Below the pieces are notes generated by a model. The model saw nothing but the letters and a program-made list of their open reading frames with translations. It was not told where the DNA came from and ran no database searches. From assembly GCA_964596175.1 (NCBI GenBank), contig CAZQTH010000007.1, positions 1-45,372 of the forward strand: DNA of 45,372 nt. The letters are read 5' to 3'. Source of the DNA: an uncultured Clostridium sp. GTDB lineage: Bacteria; Bacillota; Clostridia; TANB77; CAG-508. Both the position numbers and the translations under genes were made by a program. Positions 1 through 10,679 of the stretch are shown here, piece by piece (the first letter of the stretch is position 1; every line of letters begins with the position of its first letter).

Positions 1-131
1 ACATTATCTAATTTGTGTTTATATATATGTCTATAAATACTTAAATTGACTAGGGTAAACACTAGTGGCATTTCACTTTTTAAGTTATTTTTAGACAAGC
101 AAAACAAAAAAATTTGGAGGTGCAAAAAAAT

Positions 132-500
132 ATGGCTCGTATAGCAGGAATAGACTTACCTAAGGAAAAAAGAGTTGAAATAGGACTTACATATATTTAT
201 GGTATAGGAGTATCAAGTTCTAGAAAAATTCTTGAAAAAGCAGGAGTGAATCCAGATATTAGAGTTAAAGATTTAACTGATGACCAAGTAAATGATATAA
301 GAAAAGTAATTGATGAATCTTATGTTGTTGAAGGTGACTTAAGAAGAGAAGTAGCATTAAACATCAAGAGATTAACAGAAATTGGATGCTATAGAGGATT
401 AAGACATAGAAGAGGTTTACCAGTTAGAGGACAAAGAACTAAAACAAATGCTAGAACAAGAAAAGGTCCAAGAAAATTAGTAAGCAAAAGTAAAAAATAA
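132..500 (+). CDS. rpsM: 30S ribosomal protein S13
   Basis: [10 protein letters not shown]...[28 protein letters not shown]; GGAGG at 116-120 supports ATG 132 rather than 114. Confidence 0.98.
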   Translation: MARIAGIDLPKEKRVEIGLTYIYGIGVSSSRKILEKAGVNPDIRVKDLTDDQVNDIRKVIDESYVVEGDLRREVALNIKRLTEIGCYRGLRHRRGLPVRGQRTKTNARTRKGPRKLVSKSKK

Positions 501-565
501 TAAGTTTTAGAAAATAGAATTTTATAAAAGTATAAAACAATTCTGAATAAGGAGGATAAAGCAAA

Positions 566-961
566 ATGGCTAAAAATGTAACAACAAAAAAAGTAGCTAG
601 AAGAAATAGAAAAAACGTTGAAAAAGGTGCAGCTCATATTCATTCTAGTTTTAACAATACAATAGTTACAATAACAGATACTCAAGGAAATACTATTTCA
701 TGGGGAAGTGCTGGAGAATTAGGTTATAAAGGATCTAGAAAAAGCACACCATTTGCAGCAGGTCAAGTTGCTGAAACAGCAGCTAAAATTGCAATGGAAC
801 ATGGATTAAAATCTGTAGAAGTATTTGTCAAAGGACCAGGTTCAGGAAGAGAAGCAGCAATTCGTTCACTTCAAACAGCTGGTCTAGAAATAAGTGCAAT
901 CAAAGATGTAACACCAATACCACATAATGGTTGCAGACCACCAAAAAGAAGAAGAGTTTAA
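566..961 (+). CDS. rpsK: 30S ribosomal protein S11
   Basis: [40 protein letters not shown]; alpha operon order. Confidence 0.98.
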   Translation: MAKNVTTKKVARRNRKNVEKGAAHIHSSFNNTIVTITDTQGNTISWGSAGELGYKGSRKSTPFAAGQVAETAAKIAMEHGLKSVEVFVKGPGSGREAAIRSLQTAGLEISAIKDVTPIPHNGCRPPKRRRV

Positions 962-1109
962 TTAATTGTTAGTGAGAAATTTATAAATAATTTTTAAGCA
1001 TTATAGACAATTAATGTAAAAGTTATTTATTGTAAATCAATTAAGAAAGAGATAAAAATAAAGGGAAAAGAGAAAAAGACCCTTGTAATTAAAAGAAAGG
1101 AGTATAAAA

Positions 1110-1736
1110 ATGGCAAGATATAAAGACGAACAATGTCGTAGATGCCGTAGAGAAGGACAAAAATTGTTCTTAAAAGGTGATAGATGTTATTCTGATAAAT
1201 GTAGTATTTCAAGAAGAAATTATGCACCAGGAGAACATGGACAAAGAAGAGCAAAACTTTCTGAATACGGAACACAGTTAAGAGAAAAACAAAAAACAAA
1301 AGCATATTACGGAGTTGGAGAAAAACAATTTAGAAAATATTTTGAAATGGCTTCTAGTAAAAAAGGTGTAACAGGTGAAGAATTATTACAAATACTAGAA
1401 AGTAGATTAGACAATGTTGTTTATAGATTAGGTTTTGGAGCATCAAGAGCTCAAGCAAGACAACTTGTAACACATGCACAATTTGAAGTAAATGGAAAGA
1501 AAGTTAATATTCCATCATATTTAGTAAAAGCAGGAGATGTAATTACAGTAAGAGAAAATAAAAAAGATAACGGAACAATTAAAGTAAATGCTGAAGAATC
1601 AGCAAAAAGACCAGTTCCAGCATGGCTTGAAAAAGATACTGAAAACTTAAGTGGTAAAGTAATCAGATTAGCGTCTAGAGAAGATATTGATATTCCAATA
1701 GAAGAACATTTAATAGTAGAGCTTTACTCAAAATAA
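1110..1736 (+). CDS. rpsD: 30S ribosomal protein S4
   Basis: [45 protein letters not shown]. Confidence 0.98.
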   Translation: MARYKDEQCRRCRREGQKLFLKGDRCYSDKCSISRRNYAPGEHGQRRAKLSEYGTQLREKQKTKAYYGVGEKQFRKYFEMASSKKGVTGEELLQILESRLDNVVYRLGFGASRAQARQLVTHAQFEVNGKKVNIPSYLVKAGDVITVRENKKDNGTIKVNAEESAKRPVPAWLEKDTENLSGKVIRLASREDIDIPIEEHLIVELYSK

Positions 1737-1846
1737 TAGTTAGAAGTAATAAAAAATATTTAATTAGAACTTTTAAATTTTACTGGAGAAAAAACTATTT
1801 AGTTTTAAAAAGTTTGAGTTATATTCTCGAATATTAGGAGGTAAAA

Positions 1847-2794
1847 ATGATAGAATTTGAAAAGCCAAATATTGAATGTCTAGAGGTAGATGATACAAAT
1901 AATTATGCAAAATTTGTATGTGAACCATTAGAGAGAGGTTATGGAGTAACAATAGGAAATTCACTAAGAAGAATTTTACTTTCATCTCTTCCAGGATGTG
2001 CTATAACGAGTGTGAAAATTGATGGAGTATTACATGAATTTTCAGATATTGATAATGTAGTAGAAGATGTACCTGATATAATTCTTAATTTAAAAAATGT
2101 AAGATTAAAATTTGATGATAATGAAGAAAAAGTTTTAAGAATTGATAAAAAAGGTGAAGGAGAAGTATTAGCAGCAGATATTATTACAGATGGTACTGTT
2201 GAAATATTAAATCCTGAATTACATATAGCAACAGTTTCTGAGGGTGGAAGTTTAAGAATGGAAATGACAGCTGATAGAGGAAGAGGTTATAATTCTTCTG
2301 ATAAGAATAAAAAAACAAATCAAGATATATCTGTACTTCCAATTGATTCAATTTATACACCTGTTAAGAAAGTAAATTATCAAGTAGAAAATACTAGAGT
2401 TGGACAAATGGTAGATTATGATAAATTAATAATCGAAGTTTGGACAGACGGAAGCTTAAAAGCTCATGAAGCTTTGAGTTTAGCAGCTAAAGTTATGACA
2501 GGACATTTAGAATTATTTATAGATCTATCAGAAGCTACTAAAAATACACAAGTTATGATAGAAAAAGAAGAATCTAAAAAAGAAAAAGTTTTAGAAATGA
2601 CAATAGAAGAATTAGAACTATCTGTAAGATCATTTAACTGTTTAAAAAGAGCAGGAATTGGAACAGTTGAGGATTTAACAAATAAGACTGAAAATGAAAT
2701 GATGAAGGTAAGAAACCTTGGAAAGAAATCATTGGAAGAGGTAACAGCAAAATTACATTCACTAGGACTAGATTTTGCTAAAGAAGACGAATAA
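1847..2794 (+). CDS. rpoA: RNA polymerase alpha subunit
   Basis: [25 protein letters not shown]; alpha-[19 protein letters not shown]. Confidence 0.98.
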   Translation: MIEFEKPNIECLEVDDTNNYAKFVCEPLERGYGVTIGNSLRRILLSSLPGCAITSVKIDGVLHEFSDIDNVVEDVPDIILNLKNVRLKFDDNEEKVLRIDKKGEGEVLAADIITDGTVEILNPELHIATVSEGGSLRMEMTADRGRGYNSSDKNKKTNQDISVLPIDSIYTPVKKVNYQVENTRVGQMVDYDKLIIEVWTDGSLKAHEALSLAAKVMTGHLELFIDLSEATKNTQVMIEKEESKKEKVLEMTIEELELSVRSFNCLKRAGIGTVEDLTNKTENEMMKVRNLGKKSLEEVTAKLHSLGLDFAKEDE

Positions 2795-2818
2795 TAGTAA
2801 TAAAGGAAGGTGAAAAAA

Positions 2819-3346
2819 TTGGCAACTAATAGAAAGTTAGGAAGAACAACAGACGTAAGAATGGCAATATTAAGAACTTTAACAACTGACCTTATTATGA
2901 ATGGTAAAGTTGAAACAACATTACCTAGAGCTAAAGAAGTTAAGTCAATTGCTGATAGTATTATAGATTTAGCAATAAAAGAAAAAGATAATTTTGAAAT
3001 GGTAGATGTTAAAGTTGTAAAAGCTAAACTAGATTCTAAAGGAAATAAAGAAACAGAATTAGTTAAAAGCAAAAATGGTAAAGAGTATCTTAAAGTTGTA
3101 AAAGAAACTACAACTGAACAAAGACAAAAAGATATGCCATCTAGATTAAATGCTAGAAGAAAAATGATGAAAACTTTAAACAAAGTTAAAGATGAAAAAG
3201 GTAACAATATAGATTTACCATCAAAATTATTTAATGAAATAGCTCCAAAATATGCTGGTAAAAACGTAGGTGGATATACACGTATAGTTAAAGCAGGGCC
3301 TAGAAGAGGAGACGGAGCAGAAGTTGCAATATTACAATTAATATAG
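2819..3346 (+). CDS. rplQ: 50S ribosomal protein L17 with internal insertion
   Basis: [32 protein letters not shown]; TTG start at 2819 after GGAAGGTGA (2810 GTG is the alternative). Confidence 0.95.
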   Translation: MATNRKLGRTTDVRMAILRTLTTDLIMNGKVETTLPRAKEVKSIADSIIDLAIKEKDNFEMVDVKVVKAKLDSKGNKETELVKSKNGKEYLKVVKETTTEQRQKDMPSRLNARRKMMKTLNKVKDEKGNNIDLPSKLFNEIAPKYAGKNVGGYTRIVKAGPRRGDGAEVAILQLI

Positions 3347-3356
3347 TGTTAATAAT

Positions 3357-3393
3357 AAAAGACTAAGTGAAATTATTTACTTAGTTTTTTTTT
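3357..3393 (+). terminator. Rho-independent terminator of alpha operon
   Basis: AAAAGACTAAGTGAAA..TTTACTTAGTTTTTTTTT hairpin plus T tract after rplQ. Confidence 0.8.
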
Positions 3394-3625
3394 CATTTAA
3401 TATAAAAAGTCTATTTCTTTTTTCTAAAATATTCCTCAAAGATAGTTTTTACATCATCGTTTTTAGTATTAGTTTTTAGTAGAATAATAGTAAGAATATG
3501 TATAATTTTATCAATTTCAATAAAAATAAGGTGGTTTATATGGCAAGAATAAATAAGTCTAGAATATAGTCTTGTTTTTGTGTCAAAAAAATAAGAGATG
3601 AATATAATAACCATAGGTGGTAAAA

Positions 3626-3976
3626 ATGGAGTTTATAATAAATGTGATATTTTGGACATTAGCACTTTATGGTTTGTTTGAGATAATAAAAAACATAATA
3701 TATTTAAGTACATATACAAACTTCAAATCAGACGGAATTTATGTAATAATAGCAGTAAAAAACCAAGAAGATAAAATAGAAGGTTTTCTAAGATCTACAT
3801 TATTTAAAATGTTATATGGAAGAGATGATTATGTAAAAAATATAATAATAACAGATTTAAAATCAAAAGATTCAACTAAAGAAATAGTAAAAAGATTATC
3901 AGAAGAATATGAATGTTTAGAAGTAGTTAATTGGAAAGAATGTAAAGAAATAATGGATAGTGTAGATGATAGTTAG
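3626..3976 (+). CDS. Small membrane-anchored protein with GT2-like N-terminal fold fragment
   Basis: N-terminal TM helix, VIIAVKNQEDKIEGFL and DLKSKDST resemble the GT-A N-terminus; AGGTGG RBS favours ATG 3626. Confidence 0.6.
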   Translation: MEFIINVIFWTLALYGLFEIIKNIIYLSTYTNFKSDGIYVIIAVKNQEDKIEGFLRSTLFKMLYGRDDYVKNIIITDLKSKDSTKEIVKRLSEEYECLEVVNWKECKEIMDSVDDS

Positions 3977-3981
3977 GTTGC

Positions 3982-4010
3982 TTGAAAAAAATAAATGTTT
4001 GTGTTAGACT
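3982..4010 (+). promoter_or_regulatory. sigmaA promoter of recD2
   Basis: TTGAAA-17-TAGACT with extended -10 TG. Confidence 0.55.
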
Positions 4011-4046
4011 AAGAATGTTAATTAAAGAAAGAAGTAGGAGAAATAG

Positions 4047-6287
4047 ATGGAAATAACAGGTGAGGTAATAACTATCATATATAAAAATGAAGTAAATAGT
4101 TATACAATAGCAGAATTTGAAACCGACGAAGAAATAACGACAATTGTCGGCTATTTGCCTTTTGTAAATATTGGAGATACATTAAAAGTAATTGGAAAAT
4201 TTGTAGAACATAAAGATTATGGAAGACAATTTAAAGTAGATACATTTAAAAAAATAATGCCACAGAATTTAGCAGCATTGGAAAAATATTTATCAAATGG
4301 AAAGATAAAAGGAATAGGAGATGCTTTAGCAAAAAGAATAATAAAAAAATTTGGGGAAGAAACAATATCTATTTTTAAGTTTAATCCAGAAAGACTTGCA
4401 GAAGTAAAAGGAATATCTAAAGAAAAAGCAAAAGAAATGTCTGAAAGCTTTATAGAAAATTGGGAAGTGTGGCAAATAGTAGGTTTTTTAGAAAGGTTTG
4501 GAATAGGAGCAGAACATGCTCAAAAGGTTTTTGATTTATATGGTGTAAACGCAATAGAAGAAATGGAAAAAGACCCATATATATTAATTGATATAGCAAG
4601 AGGAGTAGATTTTAAACAAATAGATAAAATGGCATTAGACTTAGGTATTAGTTATGATAATGAAAAAAGAGTAACAAGTGGAATTAAGTATGGGTTAATT
4701 AGGAGTACAAATAATGGTCATTCTTGTGTATTAAAAGACAATTTAATTGAATTTGTAATAAATTTATTAGATATAACATCTGATAATGTAGAAGATGCTT
4801 TAATTACATTGAGAACAAAAGGAGAAATAGTTATAGAAAAAAGAGACGATGGATTGGAATATGTATATTCATCTGCATTTTACAATACAGAAGAAGAAAT
4901 TACTTTTAGAATAAAAAGATTACAAAGTTCTAAAAATATGAAGAAAATAACAGGATTAGATAAGGAATTAAAAAAAGTAGAAAAACTATCTAGTATAGAA
5001 TTATCAAAAAAGCAAAAGGAAGCGTTAAAATTAGTAAATGAAAATAATGTGACAATAATTACAGGTGGACCAGGGACAGGAAAAACAACGATTATAAAAA
5101 ATATAATTGATATATATGAAGATAGAAGAAAAAAGGTAATTTTAGCTGCACCAACAGGAAGAGCAGCAAAGAGAATGACAGAAACAACAGGGAAAGAAGC
5201 GTCAACATTACATAGACTGTTAGAAATAGGAAAAATAGATGAAGACAGTTTATATAAAAATACTAGTAAATATGAAGGAGCACCAATAGATGCAGATGTT
5301 ATTATAGTAGATGAAGTTTCTATGATGGACATGTTTTTAATGAATTATCTATTAAAATGTATATATCAGGGAACAAAATTAGTTTTAGTAGGTGATATTG
5401 ACCAACTTCCATCAGTAGGACCGGGATCTGTATTAAAAGATTTAATAAACTCTGAAGAAATACCAACTATTAAATTAGATAAAATATTTAGACAGGCAGC
5501 AAGAAGTAAAATAATAGTAAATGCACATAGAGTAAATGAAGGAGAGAAGTTTTTAAATAAAAATGAAGAAGAAGAGGATATGAATGAAGACTTTTTCTTT
5601 ATAAAAGAAAATTCTCAAGAAAAAATGTTAGCACAAGTCGTATCTTTATGTACAGGGAGATTAGAAAAATACGGAAATTATGATTTTTTCCAAAATATAC
5701 AGGTACTTACGCCTACTAAAAAAGGTATGCTTGGAACAAGAGAATTAAATAAGGTATTACAAGCAAACTTAAATCCTAACTTAAATAATTTACCTGAAAG
5801 AGCAAGTATGGGTGCTATATTTAGAGTTGGTGATAGAGTTATGCAAATAAAAAATAATTATGATATTTACTGGGAAAGAGAGAAAACGGGAAAACTGGGT
5901 GGAATAGAAAATAAAGAAATAGGAAGTGGAGTATTTAATGGAGAAATAGGTACCATAGTAGAAGTTGATGATAAAGAAAAACAAGTAGAAATTAAATTTG
6001 ATGATGAAAAGCAAGCATGGTATGAATTTTCAGAACTTGACCAAATAGAACATAGTTATGCAATTACAATACATAAAGCACAAGGAAGTGAATTTGATGT
6101 AGTAATAATGGTAGTACCACCATCATCACCAATATTATTAACCAGAAATCTATTATATACAGGAATAACAAGAGCAAAAAAATTATTAATAGTAATAGGA
6201 AATGAAAAAGTAATAGAGTTTATGATACAAAATATAGACAGTAAAAAGAGAAATACTGGATTAGAATTTAAAATGAAATCAGAGTAA
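4047..6287 (+). CDS. recD2: ATP-dependent RecD2-like DNA helicase
   Basis: N-terminal OB/HhH region, GGPGTGKT, APTGRAAKR, DEVSM, GDIDQLPSVG, YAITIHKAQGSE, LLYTGITRAK. Confidence 0.95.
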   Translation: MEITGEVITIIYKNEVNSYTIAEFETDEEITTIVGYLPFVNIGDTLKVIGKFVEHKDYGRQFKVDTFKKIMPQNLAALEKYLSNGKIKGIGDALAKRIIKKFGEETISIFKFNPERLAEVKGISKEKAKEMSESFIENWEVWQIVGFLERFGIGAEHAQKVFDLYGVNAIEEMEKDPYILIDIARGVDFKQIDKMALDLGISYDNEKRVTSGIKYGLIRSTNNGHSCVLKDNLIEFVINLLDITSDNVEDALITLRTKGEIVIEKRDDGLEYVYSSAFYNTEEEITFRIKRLQSSKNMKKITGLDKELKKVEKLSSIELSKKQKEALKLVNENNVTIITGGPGTGKTTIIKNIIDIYEDRRKKVILAAPTGRAAKRMTETTGKEASTLHRLLEIGKIDEDSLYKNTSKYEGAPIDADVIIVDEVSMMDMFLMNYLLKCIYQGTKLVLVGDIDQLPSVGPGSVLKDLINSEEIPTIKLDKIFRQAARSKIIVNAHRVNEGEKFLNKNEEEEDMNEDFFFIKENSQEKMLAQVVSLCTGRLEKYGNYDFFQNIQVLTPTKKGMLGTRELNKVLQANLNPNLNNLPERASMGAIFRVGDRVMQIKNNYDIYWEREKTGKLGGIENKEIGSGVFNGEIGTIVEVDDKEKQVEIKFDDEKQAWYEFSELDQIEHSYAITIHKAQGSEFDVVIMVVPPSSPILLTRNLLYTGITRAKKLLIVIGNEKVIEFMIQNIDSKKRNTGLEFKMKSE

Positions 6288-6295
6288 TATTTAAA

Positions 6296-6333
6296 AGAGA
6301 ATTATTTTATATGTGTTTATAAAATAATTCTCT
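6296..6333. terminator. Bidirectional terminator between recD2 and nrdG
   Basis: Perfect 16-bp inverted repeat AGAGAATTATTTTATA / TATAAAATAATTCTCT between convergent genes. Confidence 0.75.
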
Positions 6334-6344
6334 GAATTTTGTTT

Positions 6345-6839
6345 TTATGTTTCTAAGATAATTGTTTTATGTTTTTTTAAGGATTCTTTTACATCAATTA
6401 CTCTTTGGTTTTCTGAACCTCTCCATTTAAGCACAGGAGAATGTAATTCATCTTTATATGTTCCATCAACTAAGACATCTATGTAATTTAAAATTTCCTT
6501 ATCCTTTAAATCTTTTTCAAAATTATAACCAGACCATATCCATATATTTTTATTTGGATATCTTTCTTTAAAAGCTTTTGCAAGTTTAGTAGTTCCGTCT
6601 ATATTAACAGGATGCATAGGTTCTCCACCTAATATAGATAAACCTCTAATTTCATCTCTATCACATAAATTTAAGACTTTAGAAATTGTACTATCAGTAA
6701 ATTCATTACCACCTTCAAAATTCCAAGTTTCAGGATTAAAACAATTCTTGCAATGAAAGTGACATCCCTGCATAAATATTGATACACGTATACCTGGTCC
6801 ATTTGAAATATCCATTTTTCTAATTAAATTATATCTCAT
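6345..6839 (-). CDS. nrdG: Anaerobic ribonucleotide reductase activase (radical SAM)
   Basis: NGPGIRVSIFMQGCHFHCKNCFNPETW (CxxxCxxC), GGEP, WRGSENQR; directly downstream of nrdD. Confidence 0.96.
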   Translation of the reverse strand: MRYNLIRKMDISNGPGIRVSIFMQGCHFHCKNCFNPETWNFEGGNEFTDSTISKVLNLCDRDEIRGLSILGGEPMHPVNIDGTTKLAKAFKERYPNKNIWIWSGYNFEKDLKDKEILNYIDVLVDGTYKDELHSPVLKWRGSENQRVIDVKESLKKHKTIILET

Positions 6840-6841
6840 AA

Positions 6842-9034
6842 TTAATCTGCCACCTTATTATCAATATGTAAAACTCTTTCCTTAATTTCTTGTGTTCTTC
6901 CTTTGTTCCAGAAATTAGTTCCAATATATCCACAAGTACGTCTTGCAACATTTAGTGTATTATGATCTCTATTACCACAATTTGGACAATACCATTCTAA
7001 ATTATCATCAATTAAAATTTCTCCTGTATAACCACATTTCTGACAATAATCTGATTTAGTATTAAGCTCTGCATACATTATATTATCATATATAAATTTT
7101 ATAACTTCTATTATAGCTTCTAAATTATTTTGTAAATTTGGTGTTTCTATATAAGAGATAGCTCCACCTGGGCTTAATTTTTGGAATTCACTTTCTAATT
7201 TCAATTTAGAAAATGCATCAATTTCTTCAAATACAGGAACGTGATATGAATTAGTAATATAACCTCTATCTGTTATCCCTTTTATTGTTCCAAATCTTTC
7301 TTTTAAACATTTAGCAAATTTATATGTAGTAGATTCAATTGGTGTACCATATACAGAATAGTCTATATTTTCTTCTTTTTTCCATTTGTTAGCCATATCA
7401 TTTAAATGTTGCATTACTTTTAAACCAAATTCTTTACCTTCACCATTATCTGTATGAGAGTGACCAGTCATAACTTTTACACATTCATACAATCCAGCAT
7501 AACCTAAAGATATTGTAGAATATCCATGATGTAATAATTCATGAATTGATTCTCCTCTGTCTAATCTTGCTAATGCACCGTTCTGCCATAAAATAGGTGC
7601 AACATCACTAGTTGCTGTACTTAATCTTTTATGTCTAATTTGTAAGGCAACATGACATAATTCTAATCTTTCATCAAATATTTCCCAGAATTTTTCCATA
7701 TTACCATCAGCAGAAAGAGCAACATCAGGTAAATTTATTGTAACAACTCCTTGATTAAATCTTCCATAATATTTTCCCTTTCCCTTAACATAGTTTTTAG
7801 CTTTTGCAATATTTCCTATACTCATTGTTCTATCAGGAGTAAGAAAAGATCTGCATCCCATACATGGGTAACATTCACCATTACCTAATTCATTTTTCTT
7901 TAACTCTTTCATTACTTTTTCAGAAATATAGTCAGGAACCATTCTTTTTGATGTACATTCAGCAGCAAGTTTTGTTAAATACCAATATTTACTGTTTTCA
8001 TGTATATTATCTTCTTCTAATATATATAAAAGTTTTGGAAATGCAGGTGTTATATAAACACCTTTTTCATTTTTAAAACCTAATATTCTCTGTTTCAAAA
8101 ATTCTTCAATAATCATTGCTAATTCTTCTTTATATTCATCTGTTTCTCCTAAATACATACAAACAGATAGAAAAGGTGCTTGACCATTTGTATTTGTCAT
8201 AGAATTTACTTGATAATTAAAAGTTTGAACGCCATCTTCAATTTCTTTTTTAGTATCTTCTTTTGCAAACTTTTCACAATCTTCTTTACTAAGATTTCTA
8301 TTTTTATACTTTTTATAATATTTTTCATAGCTACTTCTTACAAAAGGAGCTAAATGTGTAAGTGACACTGTTGCTCCACCATAACTTGAAGATGTAACTG
8401 CTAAAATTATTTGAGTTGCAATTGTTGCAGCTGTTATAAATCTATGAGGTTTTTCTATCATAACACCATTTATTACTGTACCATTTTGTAGCATATCATC
8501 TATATTAATTAATTCACAATTATGCAAAGCATTTTGTGCAAAATAATCTGCATCGTGAAAGTGAATAATTCCTTTATCATGAGCTTCTACAACTTCTTCA
8601 GGAAGTAAAAACCTTCTAGTAATATCTGTACTTGTTATTCCTGCTAAATAATCTCTTTGTGTTGTTACTACTTCTGCATTTTTATTTGAGTTTTCACTAT
8701 TCCAATATTCATTTTCTCCTTCTATTAATTCTTTAATTGTTTTGTCTGTCGTATTAGCTTTTCTTACCAATTCTCTTGTATATCTATATGTAATATATTT
8801 TTTTGCTAATTGATATTTATCAAATTCCATTAATTTTTCTTCAATAATATCTTGTATATCTTCAACTAATATTCTCTTTTTATTTAATTCTTCTATATAT
8901 TGAATTATTTCTTCAATTTGTTCCTTAGAAACTTTTTGTTTTCCCTTAACTTCATTATTTGCTTTCCCTATTGCTATTCTAATTTTTTCAGGATCATAAT
9001 CAACTATATGTCCATCTCTTTTTACTATTTTCAC
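6842..9034 (-). CDS. nrdD: Class III anaerobic ribonucleoside-triphosphate reductase
   Basis: ATP cone (IVKRDG), MGCRS, C-terminal CxxC..CxxC, glycyl radical motif RTCGY; AGGAGG RBS before GTG. Confidence 0.97.
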   Translation of the reverse strand: MKIVKRDGHIVDYDPEKIRIAIGKANNEVKGKQKVSKEQIEEIIQYIEELNKKRILVEDIQDIIEEKLMEFDKYQLAKKYITYRYTRELVRKANTTDKTIKELIEGENEYWNSENSNKNAEVVTTQRDYLAGITSTDITRRFLLPEEVVEAHDKGIIHFHDADYFAQNALHNCELINIDDMLQNGTVINGVMIEKPHRFITAATIATQIILAVTSSSYGGATVSLTHLAPFVRSSYEKYYKKYKNRNLSKEDCEKFAKEDTKKEIEDGVQTFNYQVNSMTNTNGQAPFLSVCMYLGETDEYKEELAMIIEEFLKQRILGFKNEKGVYITPAFPKLLYILEEDNIHENSKYWYLTKLAAECTSKRMVPDYISEKVMKELKKNELGNGECYPCMGCRSFLTPDRTMSIGNIAKAKNYVKGKGKYYGRFNQGVVTINLPDVALSADGNMEKFWEIFDERLELCHVALQIRHKRLSTATSDVAPILWQNGALARLDRGESIHELLHHGYSTISLGYAGLYECVKVMTGHSHTDNGEGKEFGLKVMQHLNDMANKWKKEENIDYSVYGTPIESTTYKFAKCLKERFGTIKGITDRGYITNSYHVPVFEEIDAFSKLKLESEFQKLSPGGAISYIETPNLQNNLEAIIEVIKFIYDNIMYAELNTKSDYCQKCGYTGEILIDDNLEWYCPNCGNRDHNTLNVARRTCGYIGTNFWNKGRTQEIKERVLHIDNKVAD

Positions 9035-9097
9035 CTCTTTTATACCTCCTTTTATTATTTCTATGTTTAAATATTATATATAATTATTTAAATGTAC

Positions 9098-9115
9098 AAG
9101 TTGCACTTGCACCTT
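9098..9115. promoter_or_regulatory. Candidate Crp/Fnr-family operator between divergent promoters
   Basis: Imperfect palindrome AAGTTGCACTTGCACCTT overlapping TTGCAC(-35)-17-TAAAAT of the regulator gene. Confidence 0.5.
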
Positions 9116-9155
9116 TTTAAAATTTTTGTTAAAATCTTTTTGGGAGTGATTTTAT

Positions 9156-9788
9156 ATGAATAGTCCTTTTGAAAATTTATCAAAATTTCAAATAAACAAG
9201 CTATTTGATTTATTAGGAGTTCATATCTATAAATTTAATAAAAATCAAGAAATTCTACCTACAATAAAAAATGAAAATATTGTTGGGATTATTTTAGATG
9301 GACATGCTCAAATACTAAATATTGAATATAATGGAAATGAAATTATAATAGAAAACCTTTATAAAGATAGTGTATTTGGTACTAATATATCTTTAACAAA
9401 TAGTGAAAACTACCAAATAATAGCAAAACAAGATGGTAGAGTATTAGTTATTGATTATGATAAATTAATTAATCCATCAAATTTAGCTCATAATTATTTT
9501 AATATATTTCTTAGAAACTTATTTGATATAATAAATGCAAAGATGAAAGAAAAGAATGAAAGAATAAAAATATTAGAGAAAAAACAAATAAGAGATAAAC
9601 TTCTTGAATATTTCGAAATGGAACATAGGAAAACTAGATTAAAAAATATTTATTTACCTTTTTCATTAAAAGATTTAGCAGATTACCTTGCAATTAATAG
9701 GTCAGCAATGTTCAGAGAATTAAAACACTTAAAAGAAGAGAAGTTTATTGAAATAAAAAACCGTAAAATTACTCTTTTATACAAATAA
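9156..9788 (+). CDS. Crp/Fnr family transcriptional regulator
   Basis: cNMP-binding beta-barrel region and C-terminal HTH LPFSLKDLADYLAINRSAMFREL. Confidence 0.9.
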   Translation: MNSPFENLSKFQINKLFDLLGVHIYKFNKNQEILPTIKNENIVGIILDGHAQILNIEYNGNEIIIENLYKDSVFGTNISLTNSENYQIIAKQDGRVLVIDYDKLINPSNLAHNYFNIFLRNLFDIINAKMKEKNERIKILEKKQIRDKLLEYFEMEHRKTRLKNIYLPFSLKDLADYLAINRSAMFRELKHLKEEKFIEIKNRKITLLYK

Positions 9789-9791
9789 TTA

Positions 9792-9826
9792 TAATAACCA
9801 AGTGGCTTAAGAATTCTTGGTTATTA
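9792..9826 (+). terminator. Probable terminator
   Basis: TAATAACCAAG / CTTGGTTATTA inverted repeat after the stop codon. Confidence 0.55.
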
Positions 9827-9973
9827 AAATTGGTTCTAAATTAATTTGATATTATAATTAAAATAAATTATAATATTAATTAAAGATTTTAAATCAAAAT
9901 AATTTATATTCAAATTTTAAACTCAAAAAAATTATTATAAATTAGTTCGAAAATTTTAAGAAAGGAAAAGAAA

Positions 9974-10636
9974 ATGAAAATAGAAAGATTATTAGATTTA
10001 GTTTATCCACCAAAGTGTGGTATTTGTGGAAAATTAAATCCAGATTTTTTATGTAATAAATGTAAAAAGATATTAGAAACGGAGACTGTTTTTGGGGTTG
10101 ATAAATATATAAAAAATAATAAAGAAAATAATAAATATTTTGATGAACATTTATATATTTTTTTGTATCAGGGAATAATAAGAAGAATAATTTTAAAATA
10201 TAAATTCCAAGAAGAATCATATTTATACAAAACGTTTGTAAATTTTTTGTTAAAAAATCAAAACTTCTTTGAAAAAGTAAAAAAATATGATACAATAATT
10301 CCAGTTCCAATTAGTAGAAATAGGTTAAAAATGAGAGGATATAATCAAAGCGAATTAATAGCAAAAGAAATATCTAATAAAACTGATATGAAATTAGAAA
10401 CAAGATGCCTTATTAAAACTAAAAATACAATAGAACAGAGTAAATTGAATAGAGAAGATAGAATAAAAAATATACAAGGCGTATATGAATTAATTGATAA
10501 AAAAAGTTTATATAAAAAGAAAATATTATTAGTAGATGACATATATACAACAGGTAGTACTGTAAATGAATGTGCTAAAGTATTAAAGAAAGCAATGCCT
10601 CAAAAAATAGGTATTTTTACTTTAGCTAAAGATTAA
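9974..10636 (+). CDS. comF: ComF family competence protein (PRTase fold)
   Basis: CGIC..CNKC Zn ribbon, RGYNQSE, ILLVDDIYTTGST. Confidence 0.92.
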   Translation: MKIERLLDLVYPPKCGICGKLNPDFLCNKCKKILETETVFGVDKYIKNNKENNKYFDEHLYIFLYQGIIRRIILKYKFQEESYLYKTFVNFLLKNQNFFEKVKKYDTIIPVPISRNRLKMRGYNQSELIAKEISNKTDMKLETRCLIKTKNTIEQSKLNREDRIKNIQGVYELIDKKSLYKKKILLVDDIYTTGSTVNECAKVLKKAMPQKIGIFTLAKD

Positions 10637-10679
10637 ATTATAAATTGATTTACAAATATTACAAAGGAGGAACTATATA

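Noticed and set aside
3411-3614. Minus-strand 67-aa ORF and a 9-codon plus-strand ORF at 3540
   Set aside because: No recognisable motif and too short to support; a small gene is not excluded.
10003-10033. DnaA-box-like 9-mers at the start of comF
   Set aside because: Only mismatched copies, explained by Tyr-Pro and Cys-Gly codons of the Zn ribbon.
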